A model generated the notes under the pieces. The model saw only the letters and a list, made by a program, of their open reading frames with translations, did not search any database and had not been told where the DNA came from. From positions 1 through 64,000 of the forward strand of contig NW_025767733.1 of assembly GCF_003918875.1 (NCBI RefSeq): a DNA stretch of 64,000 nucleotides, given 5' to 3'. Position 1 is the first letter of the stretch; each line of letters begins with the position of its first letter. The DNA comes from Haliotis rubra. Its lineage: Eukaryota. Shown here piece after piece: positions 63,089 to 64,000 of this stretch. The position numbers were made by a program, and so were the translations under genes.

Positions 63089-64000
63089 AGTTCAGTGTAG
63101 ATAGGTTGGATAAGCGTTCACGTAGGCGTCCGGGGTTAGGGGATAAGTTGGTCGAATGATTGTTTTGGGGTACAGATGTGGGTACAGTGGCAGTCGGGAT
63201 CGTGATGGGAGAGGGGCGAGGTTCATCGGAAGGTGTAGTCTTTGGGATGTGTCTCACAGGACTCCTACCGCACTATTGTCTCTTCCGCCTTGCCTTTTCT
63301 AAAATGAATCAAATTAGATTTTTTCCTCAGGTTCTAAATCACCCATCACATTGGGGCTTCTATTCAAATTAAATGGAATCCTATCTCCCTAAATGAANNN
63401 NNNNNNNNNNNNNNNNNNNNNNNNNNNNNNNNNNNNNNNNNNNNNNNNNNNNNNNNNNNNNNNNNNNNNNNNNNNNNNNNNNNNNNNNNNNNNNNNNNNN
63501 NNNNNNNNNNNNNNNNNNNNNNNNNNNNNNNNNNNNNNNNNNNNNNNNNNNNNNNNNNNNNNNNNNNNNNNNNNNNNNNNNNNNNNNNNNNNNNNNNNNN
63601 NNNNNNNNNNNNNNNNNNNNNNNNNNNNNNNNNNNNNNNNNNNNNNNNNNNNNNNNNNNNNNNNNNNNNNNNNNNNNNNNNNNNNNNNNNNNTTATCTTC
63701 AGGAAGACGTATATGAAGGAAATTCTGTGTAGTACAGTAGAACATATGTAAATATGTCCACTGAATAACGGCACAACACGAATTTCGTTCCTACGCGTTT
63801 CAACTTCAGGATGAATAAAGTTCGTGTTGGGTTAGAAATGGTTGCTGTTACGCGACTGAGGGGATTGAGGGGAATGTGTGTGCGGTAAAGCTCAGAGGTG
63901 AGACACTTACTGTTAAACAAATAGAAAGCAACGAGGAGGACCGACCTGCTTATCTATCCTCGAAGTGTCTTTTGCACTACGTTAACCATGTGCGTCGGGG

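Overview
Eukaryotic (animal) genomic DNA: AT-rich, intron-containing, repeat-dense, with three N gaps. Gene and repeat content suggest a mollusc, possibly a gastropod (inference). Spliced genes rebuilt by hand from GT-AG sites and paralog comparison: (1) two tandem 5-exon SLC16/MCT-family transporters on the minus strand (2826-6480, one frameshift; 9379-13958, intact); (2) a secreted coiled-coil + C1q-domain gene (23495-26165, +) whose first exon has about six single-base indels, most beside short base runs; (3) three 4-exon NXPE/PC-esterase (SGNH-fold) paralogs: 30993-38646 (+, frameshifted), 42783-46725 (+, intact) and 57966-62056 (-, intact), formed by a tandem and an inverted segmental duplication with mosaic similarity. 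The rest is mobile DNA: tRNA-headed SINEs, a headless SINE-like family, I/Nimb-, RTE-X-, Rex1- and L2/CR1-type LINE fragments, a DD34E Tc1 with a nested Kolobok-type element, an IS3EU-type non-autonomous element, MITEs and several 21-180 bp tandem arrays. No CRISPR, rRNA or true tRNA. I cannot demonstrate a new biological system. The best leads are the NXPE + C1qDC + SLC16 neighbourhood, a codon-conserved C-terminal extension behind both MCT stop codons, a LINE sharing its 3' tail with two short-element families, and an unidentified relic gene carried in the NXPE duplication.
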